Assembly (NCBI GenBank): GCA_052143575.1 | Contig: JBKQSP010000055.1 | Location: forward strand, 4,880-68,879 | Length of the DNA: 64,000 nt | DNA from: Acidimicrobiales bacterium | GTDB taxonomy: Bacteria > Actinomycetota > Acidimicrobiia > Acidimicrobiales > Bog-793 | Reading direction: 5' to 3' | Shown here: piece after piece, positions 35,698-46,051 of the stretch | Position numbering within the stretch: position 1 is the first letter of the stretch | Layout of the letters: every line of letters begins with the position of its first letter | Made by a program: the position numbers and the translations under genes | The notes under the pieces: model-generated | What the model saw: only the letters and a program-made list of their open reading frames with translations | Told to the model about the DNA's origin: nothing | The model's database searches: none

Positions 35698-37689
35698 TCA
35701 GGCCGAGGTGGCGGGGAAGCGCCGGGATGCCGTGAGGATTGACGAGGCGATGCCGGGGCCGTCGAGGCCGAGCCGGGACAGGATGGCGTCGGGCTTGCCG
35801 TGGGCGATGTAGGTCGTGGGCACCCCGAGGACGACGCAGTGCGGGCCTGGGAGGTCTCGGGAGGCGGCGAGCGACTCCGTCTCCGCGCACAGGTAGGAAC
35901 CGGCGCCGCCGAGGGCCAGCCCGTCCTCGGCTGTCACGAGCAGATGGGCGGAGACCATCTGCTCGAGCATGGCCGGGTCGGCCGGCCGGATGACTCGAGG
36001 GTCGACGACGGTGACGTCGAGGCCATCGGCCTCCAGCAGGGAAGCGGCCTCGAGGCACGCTCGTGCCAGCTTGCCGATCCCGATGAGGACGACGTGCCCG
36101 GCGCCCTCCCGGAGCGTGCGCGACTCGAGGCCTGATCCCGGAGGTGCCAGCGGCCCGGGCGAAGGGGTCTTCGGGTAGCGGACGAGAGACGGGCCGCTGG
36201 CTGCCAACGCCGCTGTGAGCGCCGGCTCGAGCTCGGCGGGCTCGGAGGGGGCGAAGATGCAGAGGTTCGGCACCTGCAGCGCCTGCACCATGTCGTAGAG
36301 GCCGTGGTGAGACGGTCCGTCGTCACCGGTGATGCCAGCCCGGTCCGCTACGACGACGACAGGCATCCGGTGCAAACCGACATCGAGGTTCCACTGGTCG
36401 ACGGCGCGGGCGAGGAACGTCGAGTAGATGGCCACGACGGGATGCAGTCCCGTCATCGCCATCCCGGCTGCGGCCGTGAGGGCGTGCTGCTCAGCGATGC
36501 CGACGTCGAAGAAACGCTCCGGGAAGTGGTCCTGGAAGCTGAGCAGGCCCGTCGGCCCCGGCATGGCGGCCGTGATGGCGACGATCCGCGGGTCGGCCTC
36601 GGCCGCATTGATGAGGGCTTTTGTGAAGGCGTCGGTGTAGCTCTCGCCGAGAGGCGTCGGAGGGGGCAGGGCGCCGGGATCGTCCGTCGGCGCTCCGACT
36701 CGAGGGACGGCGCCGCTCGTCTGCACGGCCCCCGTCCCGCTCACCGGGACGGGGGCGCTCGCCGACACGGCCCGGAAGTCGTGCAGCTTCTGGATCTCGT
36801 CGTTCTCGGCCGGCTCGTAGCCCTTGCCCTTCTGCGTCAGCACGTGCAGCACGATCGGTCCCTGCCAGGTGGCCGCTCTGCGCATCGCCTGTTCCATGGC
36901 GGCGATGTCGTGCCCGTCCAACGGTCCGGTGTAGCGGACGCCGAGGGACTCGAAGAAGACGTGCGGCTCCACGACCTCGCGCAGCGCCGAGGTGAGCCCG
37001 TGGATCGAGGTATAGGCGACCGAGCCGACGCCGGACGGGAGGTCGCGCAGGCCGTGGCGGATGCGCTCGCGCAGCTGCACGTAGCGGGGGTCGAGCCGGA
37101 GTTGCGTGAGGGAGCCGGACAGCTTGGAGATCGTGGGTGCGTAGCTGCGGCCGTTGTCGTTCAGCACGATGAGGACGCGGGCGCCCGAGTGCCCCAAGTT
37201 GTTGAGCGCTTCGTAGGCGAGGCCGCCCGTGAGCGCTCCGTCCCCCACGATGGCAACGACCCGCCGCCCGCCCACGGCCGGGTCGCTCTCCCCGGCGATC
37301 CGGAGCGCCGAGGCCATCCCGTAGGCGTAGGAAAGCGCCGTCGAGGCGTGCGAATTCTCCACGAGGTCGTGGATGGACTCGCTGCGGTTCGGGTAACCCG
37401 AGAGCCCCCCTTCCTGCTTCAAGTGCTCGAAGCCCGTCTTCCTGCCCGTGAGCAGCTTGTGCACATAGGCCTGGTGCCCGGTGTCGAACAGCAGGAGGTC
37501 TCGGGGAGAGTCGAAGACCCGGTGCAGAGCGATCGTCAGCTCGACGGCACCGAGGTTGGACCCGAGGTGACCACCGGTCTTCGAAACCGACTCCACGAGG
37601 AATTGCCGTATCTCCGCGGAGAGGGTTTCGCACTCGGCGTGCGAGAGCGCCTTCACGTCGCTCGGAGTGTGGATGCGGTCGAGGATCAT
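35698..37689 (-). CDS. dxs: 1-deoxy-D-xylulose-5-phosphate synthase
   Basis: GGHLGSNLGAVELTIALH, DTGHQAYVHKLLTGR, the TPP motif IVGDGALTGGLAYEALNN and AEQHALT. A Pro/Ala-rich insertion of about 45 aa lies in the inter-domain linker. Confidence 0.95.
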   Translation of the reverse strand: MILDRIHTPSDVKALSHAECETLSAEIRQFLVESVSKTGGHLGSNLGAVELTIALHRVFDSPRDLLLFDTGHQAYVHKLLTGRKTGFEHLKQEGGLSGYPNRSESIHDLVENSHASTALSYAYGMASALRIAGESDPAVGGRRVVAIVGDGALTGGLAYEALNNLGHSGARVLIVLNDNGRSYAPTISKLSGSLTQLRLDPRYVQLRERIRHGLRDLPSGVGSVAYTSIHGLTSALREVVEPHVFFESLGVRYTGPLDGHDIAAMEQAMRRAATWQGPIVLHVLTQKGKGYEPAENDEIQKLHDFRAVSASAPVPVSGTGAVQTSGAVPRVGAPTDDPGALPPPTPLGESYTDAFTKALINAAEADPRIVAITAAMPGPTGLLSFQDHFPERFFDVGIAEQHALTAAAGMAMTGLHPVVAIYSTFLARAVDQWNLDVGLHRMPVVVVADRAGITGDDGPSHHGLYDMVQALQVPNLCIFAPSEPAELEPALTAALAASGPSLVRYPKTPSPGPLAPPGSGLESRTLREGAGHVVLIGIGKLARACLEAASLLEADGLDVTVVDPRVIRPADPAMLEQMVSAHLLVTAEDGLALGGAGSYLCAETESLAASRDLPGPHCVVLGVPTTYIAHGKPDAILSRLGLDGPGIASSILTASRRFPATSA

Positions 37690-37824
37690 CGTGTCGAGAG
37701 GGCGCTCGACTGCAGGTCAGTTCGATGCGCAGCTAGAGGCTACCCGGACGTGAGCAGCATGGGGGGTAGGCCGCGTTGGGGCCGTCCCGATCATCGGATG
37801 CCGGCGGGGCTCCAGACCTGTTCT

Positions 37825-38502
37825 TCAGTCGCCCGCCGACAGGCGGTAGCCGACCGACGGGTCGCTCTGCAGGAAGCGCCCGCTCTCGTCACCGAGCTTG
37901 CGGCGGATCCGGTAGGCGTAGACCTTGAGGTAGTGCAGCTCCCTCACATAAGCGGGGCCCCAGACGTTCTCGAGGATCATCCTGCGGGTGCAGACCCGCC
38001 CGGCGTTTCGAGCAAGGAAGGTGAGAAAGTCGAACTCCTTCGGTGTGAGATCGATGGCGGCTCCGTCGAAGCTCGCCTCGCGGTGAACGAGGTCGAGATG
38101 CAGCCGTCCGGCGTCGAGCTCGGTGACCGAGCCGTCGACCGTGCCGCGGTGGCGGAGCGCCACTCGCAGTCGAGCGTCGAGCTCTCGCATGCTGAACGGC
38201 TTGGTCATGTAGTCGTCAGCACCGTCGTCCAAGGCCTCTACCTTGCGATCCTCGGATCCGTCGGCGGACAGGACGACGATGGGTACGTCGCTCCAGCTCC
38301 TGATCTGCTTGCAGACCTCCAGCCCGTCGACGTCCGGCAAGCCGAGGTCGAGCACCACGACCTCCGGCACCCGGATGGCGACGTCGCTGAGCCCTTCCCG
38401 CCCCGTGTCGGCCGTCAGGACCGTGTGCCCGAGCGCCTGCAGGCCGACCGTGCAGACGCCGAGCAGATCGGGGTCGTCGTCAATGATCAGAATGTTCGGC
38501 AA
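37825..38502 (-). CDS. kdpE: OmpR-family response regulator KdpE
   Basis: Receiver domain ILIIDDDPDLL...VVVLDLGLPDVDG...ADDYMTKPF. Winged helix LTPKEFDFLTFLARNAGRVCTRRMIL..VWG...YLKVYAYRIRRKLG. The only plausible start is TTG 38502, overlapping the kinase stop by 23 nt. Confidence 0.85.
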   Translation of the reverse strand: MPNILIIDDDPDLLGVCTVGLQALGHTVLTADTGREGLSDVAIRVPEVVVLDLGLPDVDGLEVCKQIRSWSDVPIVVLSADGSEDRKVEALDDGADDYMTKPFSMRELDARLRVALRHRGTVDGSVTELDAGRLHLDLVHREASFDGAAIDLTPKEFDFLTFLARNAGRVCTRRMILENVWGPAYVRELHYLKVYAYRIRRKLGDESGRFLQSDPSVGYRLSAGD

Positions 38503-39973
38503 TCCGCGCCTCCTCGAGTATTGGCGCCGCCACCGGCAGCGTGAGGCAGAACCGGGCGCCCCCGGCGGGAGCGTCCTCGACCCAGATGCGCTCTCCGTGA
38601 GCCTCCACGAAGGTCTTGGCGATGGCGAGACCGAGCCCGGCGCCGGCGTCACCGTCGCGGCGCATGAACAGACCGAAGATCTCATTTCGGCGGTCGGGGC
38701 TGACTCCCGGCCCGGCGTCCTCGACCGAAAGCTCGATGGTCTCCTCGTCGAGGCGAGCGGCCCGGATCGTGACGACGGTGTTCTTCGGACCATGGCGAAA
38801 CGCATTCTCGAGAAGATTGGCGAGGACTCGTGTGATGAGCACCAGATCCACATCGATCGGGGGGAGGTCGTCGGCCAGCAGAACGTCCACCGAGTGCCCC
38901 CGGGCAGCCGGCGTGAGGTCATTCACGACGCTCGTCACGAGCTCTTCGAGCGGGAGGACGCTGCGGCGGGGTTCCAGCACGCCTGCCTGGATGCGGCTCA
39001 TGTCGAGCAGACTCTGCACGAGATTGGCGAGCCGTCCCGCCTGCGCGTCGATGAGGGAGGTCAGCTTCTGGCGATCCTCAGGGCTGAGGTCGAGGTCCGT
39101 GTCCGACAACGTGGAGGAGGAAGCTCTGATGGAGGCCAGGGGCGCCCGCAGATCGTGGGACACTGCGGCGACGAGCGTCCTCGACAGGCGCGCAACTTCC
39201 TCGGTCAGCTGCGCTCGCAGCGCCTCCTCGCGCAGCTGGGCGCGCTCGACGGCGAGGGCGATCTGGTTGGCGAACAGCAGCAACGGCTCGCGCTCATGCT
39301 GAGCTGCCGTCTCGCTCGAGAGCACGAGAAGGCCGACGGGCCGGCCGGCCGCGCTGAGGGCGAGCACGAGGAGGCCGCCGCGCTCGAAGGACTCGGCGTC
39401 GGCGACCGTCGGCGAGCCGCGTGACGGCAGAACGAGGCTGAGCTGTTCGTCGCTGAGAGGGTCGCCGGCAGATGCCACGATCTGCGGTCGGCCGTTCTGC
39501 GGCAGCAGGAGCGCCACCTGTCGCGAGCCGAAGACGTCGGCCAGTGTTGTCACGATGACCGACAGGAGCACGTCGAGGGGCTTGTCCCCGACGAGGAGAT
39601 CCGACAGCTCGAAGAGCTGGCGGATCTCCTTGCTGTGGCGCCGTTCGTTCGCCCGTGCTTCGTTCATGCCGGCAACGACTTTGGCTACCGGCAGCATGAC
39701 GATGACATAGACGCCAAGCGCCACCCAGTTCTGCGGAGCTCCGACCCACAAGGTCAGGTAGGGCGGGATGAAGAAGAAGTCGTAGACGAGGAAGCCGACC
39801 GCCACACTGACGACTCCGGCGACGAAGCCACCCGTGACCACGCCGATCACCACGGGGACGACGAGGATCAAGGCCGTCGTCGCGATGCTCAGGTGGGCTC
39901 GCAAGGGCAGCATTGCGCTCGTGAGAGCGCCCATGCTGGCCAGTGCAGCCACGGTGCCGATCAGACGCTTCAT
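38480..39973 (-). CDS. kdpD: KdpD C-terminal half: 4-TM + GAF-like + HisKA/HATPase sensor histidine kinase
   Basis: Four N-terminal TM helices, including ...FLVYDFFFIPPYLTL (DUF4118-like). The H-box is AAVSHDLRAPLASI, the N-box LANLLENAFRHG and the G-box DAGPGV...GLGLAIAK. ATG 39973 is preceded by AAGGAAG. Confidence 0.85.
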   Translation of the reverse strand: MKRLIGTVAALASMGALTSAMLPLRAHLSIATTALILVVPVVIGVVTGGFVAGVVSVAVGFLVYDFFFIPPYLTLWVGAPQNWVALGVYVIVMLPVAKVVAGMNEARANERRHSKEIRQLFELSDLLVGDKPLDVLLSVIVTTLADVFGSRQVALLLPQNGRPQIVASAGDPLSDEQLSLVLPSRGSPTVADAESFERGGLLVLALSAAGRPVGLLVLSSETAAQHEREPLLLFANQIALAVERAQLREEALRAQLTEEVARLSRTLVAAVSHDLRAPLASIRASSSTLSDTDLDLSPEDRQKLTSLIDAQAGRLANLVQSLLDMSRIQAGVLEPRRSVLPLEELVTSVVNDLTPAARGHSVDVLLADDLPPIDVDLVLITRVLANLLENAFRHGPKNTVVTIRAARLDEETIELSVEDAGPGVSPDRRNEIFGLFMRRDGDAGAGLGLAIAKTFVEAHGERIWVEDAPAGGARFCLTLPVAAPILEEARIAEHSDH

Positions 39974-40085
39974 CGGGCTTCCTTGTGCACCCACTCCTCG
40001 TGTCCGAGAGGGAGCTTAGAGATCGGCTGGCGCCCGGATGCCGATGCTGCCGCCCACAGCGGCGGGTGCCCTGGGGAGAGGAGCG

Positions 40086-41642
40086 TCACTCGACGGGAAG
40101 CTCTCGCCTCGCGATGATGTGAACGTCGAGGTCTGTGCTGTTGGCGAGGATCGTGACGCGCCTCACCGTCGAGCCGCCACCGGTAATCTCCTGCCAGCGG
40201 CCCCGCTGGCTGGAGCCGAGCATGATCTGGGTGATCTCCTGCTGCCGGGCGAAGCCGACGAGGGCGCTGGCGATGTCGTCGCTCCGCACCTCGTGCCAGC
40301 TTGCCCCGACTGCTGACACGAGTCCGCGAAGCTGTGCCAGATCCTCCCGCCGGGATCTGCCGACGGCGCTCGGGTTCACGACGTGGACGGCATGGAGCTC
40401 CGCCTTGACGGCTGCTGCCAACCGCCACGCCCTCCGCACGATGGCCTCCGTGCCGGGGCCACCGACGCCGACCATGACCTGTTCGCCCGTCTCGCCCGAG
40501 CGAGCGCCAACCTGCCGTTGCAGGAATCCGAGCAGCTCTTCCTCTGGGGCCCTCGAAAGAAAGCGCTGCGCCAGCTCGCGCAGCGCCGTCAGGTTGCCGA
40601 CCCGGAAGAAGGCGGAGAGCGCCTGAGGAGCCTCCTCGGGAGGATAGACACCGCCGTTGAGCATCCGGTGGCGCAACTGCTCGGGCGAGGTGTCGACGAG
40701 CTCGATCCGGTCGGCCCGTCGCACCACCCAGTCCGGTACCCGCTCGCTCACTCGCACGCCGGTGAGGAGCTCGATGCCGTCGGCCAGGCTCTCGAGATGC
40801 TGGATGTTGACGGTCGAAACGACGTCGATACCGGCTTCGAGGAGGTCGAGAACGTCCTGCCAGCGTTTCTCGTGCCGTCCCTGCTCGGGCACGTTGGTGT
40901 GCGCCAGCTCGTCGACGAGCGCGACAACGGGCCGGCGCGCGATGATCGCCTCGAGATCCAGCTCCTCGAAGCCTGCTCCACGCCGCTCGACGAGCCGCCG
41001 GGGGACAACCTCGAGATTCGCCATCCGGGCTGCCGTCTCCGCTCGACCGTGGCTTTCGACGCAGCCGACGACGACATCGGTGCCGAGCTCGCGGAGGCGC
41101 CGCGCCTCCTCGAGCATGGCGATGGTCTTTCCGACACCGGCAGCGGCGCCGAGATAGAGGCGAAGACGACCGTGATTCGTACCCCTGTCGGTGGCGGCGG
41201 GAGCGGCCGATCGCCCGCCGCCGGCGCATGAGGCGGTTCGGGACGAAGAGACCTCGTCGAGGTTGACGTCATCGTCTTCGCTCGGCAGCCGATCCCGCCG
41301 ACACCCTTCCGATGTCACCCGGCCTTCGGGTGGCATCAGCCGGTACAGAGGGTTCCAGACGACAAAGCGCCCGCCGTCGCATCGTGCCGTGCCGGCGATC
41401 TCGCACCGTGCGCCCACCTCCAGACCGGCGACCCGGGAGCGACCGAGGAAGAGGAGGTCGATCTCACCCGTAGCGTCGCAAAGGACACAGCGGTAAGCGC
41501 ATCCGCTGCCGAGGGCGGTCATGTCGGTGGCGGAGATCTGTCCGGTGAGGAGCACCCGCCGGCGGGGCTGGGCGTCGGCGACCTGCCGGGCAACAGCCGC
41601 ATCACTCGAACCCGCCGTCTCGACACGAGAGTGGCCGGTCAT
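40086..41642 (-). CDS. OB-fold domain fused to the KdpD N-terminal sensor (KdpD-N P-loop domain + Usp domain), with no TM or kinase part
   Basis: KdpD-N: RLRLYLGAAAGVGKTIAMLEE...VDELAHTN...RWQDVLDLLEAGIDVVSTVNIQHLESL. Usp: VMVGVGGPGTEAIVRRAWRLA...LHAVHV. The first ~110 aa are OB-like (GEIDLLFLGRSRVAGLEVGARCEIAGTA...RFVVWNPLYRLM). Its ATG 41642 overlaps the kdpC stop (ATGA). Confidence 0.85.
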   Translation of the reverse strand: MTGHSRVETAGSSDAAVARQVADAQPRRRVLLTGQISATDMTALGSGCAYRCVLCDATGEIDLLFLGRSRVAGLEVGARCEIAGTARCDGGRFVVWNPLYRLMPPEGRVTSEGCRRDRLPSEDDDVNLDEVSSSRTASCAGGGRSAAPAATDRGTNHGRLRLYLGAAAGVGKTIAMLEEARRLRELGTDVVVGCVESHGRAETAARMANLEVVPRRLVERRGAGFEELDLEAIIARRPVVALVDELAHTNVPEQGRHEKRWQDVLDLLEAGIDVVSTVNIQHLESLADGIELLTGVRVSERVPDWVVRRADRIELVDTSPEQLRHRMLNGGVYPPEEAPQALSAFFRVGNLTALRELAQRFLSRAPEEELLGFLQRQVGARSGETGEQVMVGVGGPGTEAIVRRAWRLAAAVKAELHAVHVVNPSAVGRSRREDLAQLRGLVSAVGASWHEVRSDDIASALVGFARQQEITQIMLGSSQRGRWQEITGGGSTVRRVTILANSTDLDVHIIARRELPVE

Positions 41643-42193
41643 CGCAGTGCGGCGAGCGCCTCGTTCAGCTCGAGAACGTCGATGTAGGGAGCCCCGAGGA
41701 AGCCCCACTCGGCACCAACGACGTGCAGGGTGACCAGGTGGTCGAGAACAGCCACCGAAAGGTGGTCGGCTTTCGCCACCGCCGGTACCTGGTCATAGGC
41801 ATCCGAGGGGCTGATGTCAGGATCGATGCCACTTCCTGAGCCGGTAACGAGATCGTTCGTGGGGGTGATGCCCTCGCCCTTCAGCACGGCGACCTGTTGT
41901 TGTGCGAAATGCAGCAGTAGTTTCGACTTCGGGCCGTAGTTCTGCGACCCGGTCGCCATGGGGTTGTCCGGATCCGGTCGGCCTTGGAACCATTCCGGTC
42001 CCTTCCATTGCTGGCCCGCCAGGCTCGATCCGATGACGAGGTGGTGGTCACTGACGAGCGACCCGTTCGCCTGCTTGGGGAAGAACAGCTGTGCCAGACC
42101 GGTCTCGAGAGCCGGGTAGGCGAGCCCGCACACGAGGAAGAACACCACCGAGACGACGACGGCGCGTCGCAGATGCACGAGCATCAGTACCAC
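41639..42193 (-). CDS. kdpC: K+-transporting ATPase subunit C
   Basis: An N-terminal TM helix, then GSSLAGQQW...GRPDP...[11 protein letters not shown] and [14 protein letters not shown], the KdpC signatures. The alternative start ATG 42184 overlaps the kdpB stop (TGATG). Confidence 0.9.
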   Translation of the reverse strand: MVLMLVHLRRAVVVSVVFFLVCGLAYPALETGLAQLFFPKQANGSLVSDHHLVIGSSLAGQQWKGPEWFQGRPDPDNPMATGSQNYGPKSKLLLHFAQQQVAVLKGEGITPTNDLVTGSGSGIDPDISPSDAYDQVPAVAKADHLSVAVLDHLVTLHVVGAEWGFLGAPYIDVLELNEALAALR

Positions 42194-44271
42194 CCCACAG
42201 CAGTCAGGAAGAGATCGATGAGCTTGATGAAGATGAACGGGACGATGATGCCGCCGACGCCGTAGATCCAGATGTTGCGGCGCAGCAGCTGAGCAGCTCC
42301 CACCGGCCGGAACTTGACGCCCCGGAGGGCGAGCGGGATGAGGGCGACGATCACGAGGGCGTTGAAGATGACGGCGGAGAGGACGGCGCTCGTGGCCGAG
42401 TGAAGCTTCATGATGTTGAGCGCCTCGAGCTGTGGGTAGGTCGTCACGAACAACGCCGGGATGATGGCGAAGTACTTGGCGACGTCGTTGGCAATCGAGA
42501 AGGTCGTGAGCGCACCACGGGTGATGAGCAACTGCTTTCCGATCTCGACGATGTCGAGCAGCTTGGTCGGGTTCGAGTCGAGGTCGACCATGTTGCCGGC
42601 TTCCTTGGCCGCCGTCGTGCCCGTGTTCATGGCGACGCCGACGTCGGCCTGGGCGAGGGCGGGGGCGTCGTTCGTGCCGTCTCCGGTCATGGCGACGAGC
42701 TTGCCGCCCTCCTGCTCGGCCTTGATGAGCGCCAGCTTGTTCTCCGGCGTCGCCTCGGCGAGGTAGTCGTCGACGCCGGCCTCCTGGGCGATGGCGGCGG
42801 CCGTGAGGGGGTTGTCGCCCGTGATCATGACGGTGCGGATCCCCATGGCACGCATCTCGACGAAGCGCTCACGGATGCCCTGCTTCACGACGTCCTTCAG
42901 CTCGATGACGCCGAGCACCTTCGGCCCGTCGGCGACGACGAGGGGGGTCGAGCCGGCCCGCGAGATGCGCTCGACGATGGGGTCGAGGTCGCTCGGAATG
43001 CTGCCGCCGAGCTCGCTCACCCAGCGCTTGACGGCGTCGGCGGCGCCCTTTCGCACCTGACGGTGATCCATGTCGAGCCCGGACATGCGGGTGACGGCCG
43101 AGAAGGGGATGAAGGTGTGCTCGCTCCCCATGTCGCGCTGGCGGATCTGGAAGCGCTCCTTTGCCAGCACGACGATCGAGCGCCCTTCCGGCGTCTCGTC
43201 GGCGAGAGAGGCGAGCTGGGCAGCATCGGCCACGGCTTCTTCCTGCTGTCCCCCGACGGGAAAGAAGTCGGACGCCATGCGGTTGCCGAGGGTGATGGTG
43301 CCGGTCTTGTCGAGCAGCAGCGTCTGGGTGTCGCCGGCCGCCTCGACGGCGCGGCCGGACATCGCCAGCACGTTGCGCTGCACGAGGCGGTCCATGCCGG
43401 CGATGCCGATCGCCGACAGCAGCGCACCGATCGTGGTCGGGATGAGGCAGACGAGGAGGGCGACGAGGACGACGACCGACACCGTGGCGCCGGCGTAGTG
43501 CCCGAAGGGCTGGAGCGCCACCACGACCGGAAGGAAGATGATGGTGAGGGCAGCCAGCAGGATCGTCAGGGCGATCTCGTTCGGCGTCCTCTGCCGGTTG
43601 GCGCCTTCGACGAGGGTGATCATGCGGTCGAGGAACGTTTCACCTGGATCGGCCGAGATGCGCACGACGATGCGGTCGGAGAGCACCTTCGTACCTCCGG
43701 TCACCGCCGAGCGGTCGCCGCCCGACTCCCGGATGACCGGCGCCGACTCGCCCGTGATGGCGGACTCGTCGACCGAGGCGATGCCCTCGATGATCTCGCC
43801 GTCGGAGGGGATGAGGTCCAGGGCCTCGCAGACGACGACGTCGCCCTTGCGGAGCGAAGCCGCCGGCACCCGCTCCTCGACGCCGTCGGCGCTCAGGAGG
43901 CGTGCCTCGGTGTCCGAGCGCATTCTGCGCAACGTGTCGGCCTGGGCCTTGCCCCGGCCCTCGGCGATGGCCTCGGCGAAGTTGGCGAAGATCACCGTCA
44001 GGAACAGCCAGATCGTGATGCTCCAGTCGAAGAGCCCTGGGTGGGCGAGCGACTCGGCAAGAGTGACGATGGTGCCGATGAGCACCACGAACATGACCGG
44101 GTTCCTTACCTGTACCCGGGGGTGCAGCTTCTTGAAGGAGTCGACGAGAGCCGGCCGGAGGACCTCGCCCTCGAACAAACCTCGAGCGCGCGTGACGCCT
44201 CTTGGCTGTGGAGTGCTCGGCCTCGGTCCGGGCTCGCTCATTCGCGTCTCCGTCACCGGGGCGCCCGCCAC
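42184..44271 (-). CDS. kdpB: K+-transporting P-type ATPase subunit B
   Basis: [10 protein letters not shown] phosphorylation site, [14 protein letters not shown] and [16 protein letters not shown]. The start overlaps the kdpA stop (TAGTG). Confidence 0.95.
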   Translation of the reverse strand: MAGAPVTETRMSEPGPRPSTPQPRGVTRARGLFEGEVLRPALVDSFKKLHPRVQVRNPVMFVVLIGTIVTLAESLAHPGLFDWSITIWLFLTVIFANFAEAIAEGRGKAQADTLRRMRSDTEARLLSADGVEERVPAASLRKGDVVVCEALDLIPSDGEIIEGIASVDESAITGESAPVIRESGGDRSAVTGGTKVLSDRIVVRISADPGETFLDRMITLVEGANRQRTPNEIALTILLAALTIIFLPVVVALQPFGHYAGATVSVVVLVALLVCLIPTTIGALLSAIGIAGMDRLVQRNVLAMSGRAVEAAGDTQTLLLDKTGTITLGNRMASDFFPVGGQQEEAVADAAQLASLADETPEGRSIVVLAKERFQIRQRDMGSEHTFIPFSAVTRMSGLDMDHRQVRKGAADAVKRWVSELGGSIPSDLDPIVERISRAGSTPLVVADGPKVLGVIELKDVVKQGIRERFVEMRAMGIRTVMITGDNPLTAAAIAQEAGVDDYLAEATPENKLALIKAEQEGGKLVAMTGDGTNDAPALAQADVGVAMNTGTTAAKEAGNMVDLDSNPTKLLDIVEIGKQLLITRGALTTFSIANDVAKYFAIIPALFVTTYPQLEALNIMKLHSATSAVLSAVIFNALVIVALIPLALRGVKFRPVGAAQLLRRNIWIYGVGGIIVPFIFIKLIDLFLTAVGWY

Positions 44272-45962
44272 TAGAAGAACCTCCCGTGGATGAGCTGCTC
44301 GACCACAGGACCGAGCGCGACGGCCGGGAAGAAGGTCAGCGCCCCGATGATGATGATGACGCCGACGACGAGCCCGCTGAAGAGCGGCTTGTCGGTGCGG
44401 AAAGTGCCGGCGGAGGCGGGGACGGCCTGTTTGGCAGCCAATCCTCCGGCAAGAGCCAGCGCCGGGACCATGATGGCGAAGCGACCGAGGAGCATGTCGA
44501 TGCCGCCGAGCACGTTGTAGAAGGCGGTGTTGCCGGTGAGGCCGGCAAAGGCGGAGCCGTTGTTGTTGGCTTGTGACGTGACGGCGTACAGGATCTCGCT
44601 GAAGGCGTGTGGTCCGGCATTGAGCGGTCCGGCGCGCCCGGCATGCAGCGAGACGGCGATGGCCGTCAGGATGAGCACGACCATCGGCATGACGAGCGAG
44701 GCAAGGCCGGCGAGTTTGATCTCGCGGGCTTGGATCTTCTTGCCGAGGTATTCGGGTGTTCGGCCCACCATGAGCCCCCCGAGGAAGACGGCGATGATCG
44801 CGTACACGAGGATCGTGTACAGCCCGCTGCCGACCCCTCCGGGCGTCACCTCACCGAGCATCATCCCGGTCAGCAAGCCCAAGCCGCCGACCGGCGTGTA
44901 GGAGTCATTCGACCCGTCGACGCTGCCGGTGGAGGTCTGGGTGGAGACCACGTCGTAGAGCGACGACTGGGCGACCCCGAAGCGAGTCTCCTTTCCTTCC
45001 ATGTTGCCGCCCGGCTGATGCGTCACGCCGGCAGTTGCCACCGCCGCGTTGCCGTGGGACTCGGCCGCGGTCGTGAAGCCGACCCACACACCGAAGAGGA
45101 GAAACATGGCAGCGAGAAGCGCGACACCTTGCCGGATGCTGCCGACCATCTTCCCGAAGGTGTAGGTGAGGGCGACCGGGACGATGAGGATGAGGTAGAA
45201 GGAGAGGAAGTTCGTGAGGCCGGTCGGGTTCTCGAACGGGCTCGCCCCGTTGGCGTTCGTATAGCCGCCCCCGTTCGTCCCCAACTGCTTGATGACCTCT
45301 TGGGAGCCCATCGGGCCCCGAGGGATGCACTGCCGGGCGCTGTTCATGACGTCGTGGACGCACACGGGGCCGGCGAAGGTTTGGATCGCCCCTTGCGCCA
45401 CGAAGATGACGGCAAAGACGATGGAGATCGGAAGCAGGATGTAGTACACGCCTCGAATAAGGTCGACCCAGAAGTTGCCGATCGTGCTCGACCCCTTGCG
45501 GGCGAACCCGCGCACGAGGGCGACGGCGACGGCGATGCCGACGGAGGCGCTCACGAAGTTCTGCACGGCGAGCGCCCCCATCTGGGAGAGGTAGGACATG
45601 GTCGACTCGCCGGAGTAGTTCTGCCAGTTCGTGTTCGTGATGAACGACACCGCCGTGTTCCATGACAGCGCCGGTGTCACGGCACCCATGTGCTGGGGGT
45701 TGAGCGGGAGGCTCCCCTGCAGGCGGATCATCCCGTACACGACGAGAATCGCGACACCCGAGTACACGATCATGGCGCCGGCGTACCGCTGCCACGACTG
45801 CTCCCGGTCGGGGTCGACGCCGAGCAGACGGTAGGTGGGCCGTTCCATCCATGCGAGGAAGTGGATGCGGTCCTCGTAGACGGCAGCCATGTAGGAGCCG
45901 AGGAAGCGCCAGGCGACAGCGAGGCCGACGACGAGGGCGATGACGGCCCAGAGAAAGTCCAT
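44271..45962 (-). CDS. kdpA: K+-transporting ATPase subunit A
   Basis: A polytopic protein with the KdpA selectivity-filter-like segments [16 protein letters not shown] and [13 protein letters not shown] 45962 overlaps the kdpF stop (TGATG). The ORF track starts it at GTG 45971. Confidence 0.95.
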   Translation of the reverse strand: MDFLWAVIALVVGLAVAWRFLGSYMAAVYEDRIHFLAWMERPTYRLLGVDPDREQSWQRYAGAMIVYSGVAILVVYGMIRLQGSLPLNPQHMGAVTPALSWNTAVSFITNTNWQNYSGESTMSYLSQMGALAVQNFVSASVGIAVAVALVRGFARKGSSTIGNFWVDLIRGVYYILLPISIVFAVIFVAQGAIQTFAGPVCVHDVMNSARQCIPRGPMGSQEVIKQLGTNGGGYTNANGASPFENPTGLTNFLSFYLILIVPVALTYTFGKMVGSIRQGVALLAAMFLLFGVWVGFTTAAESHGNAAVATAGVTHQPGGNMEGKETRFGVAQSSLYDVVSTQTSTGSVDGSNDSYTPVGGLGLLTGMMLGEVTPGGVGSGLYTILVYAIIAVFLGGLMVGRTPEYLGKKIQAREIKLAGLASLVMPMVVLILTAIAVSLHAGRAGPLNAGPHAFSEILYAVTSQANNNGSAFAGLTGNTAFYNVLGGIDMLLGRFAIMVPALALAGGLAAKQAVPASAGTFRTDKPLFSGLVVGVIIIIGALTFFPAVALGPVVEQLIHGRFF

Positions 45963-46051
45963 CAGAACCACTCAGCCCGGAACATCGCCACCCCGAGGTA
46001 GACGAAGACGAGGAACGAGAGGGCGAGGAGCACGCCCTGGACGGGACTCAT
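45962..46051 (-). CDS. kdpF: K+-transporting ATPase subunit F (29 aa)
   Basis: Manual translation: MSPVQGVLLALSFLVFVYLGVAMFRAEWF, a single TM helix with the KdpF-type C-terminus (..Y..A....E.F). It lies immediately upstream of kdpA. Confidence 0.7.
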   Translation of the reverse strand: MSPVQGVLLALSFLVFVYLGVAMFRAEWF

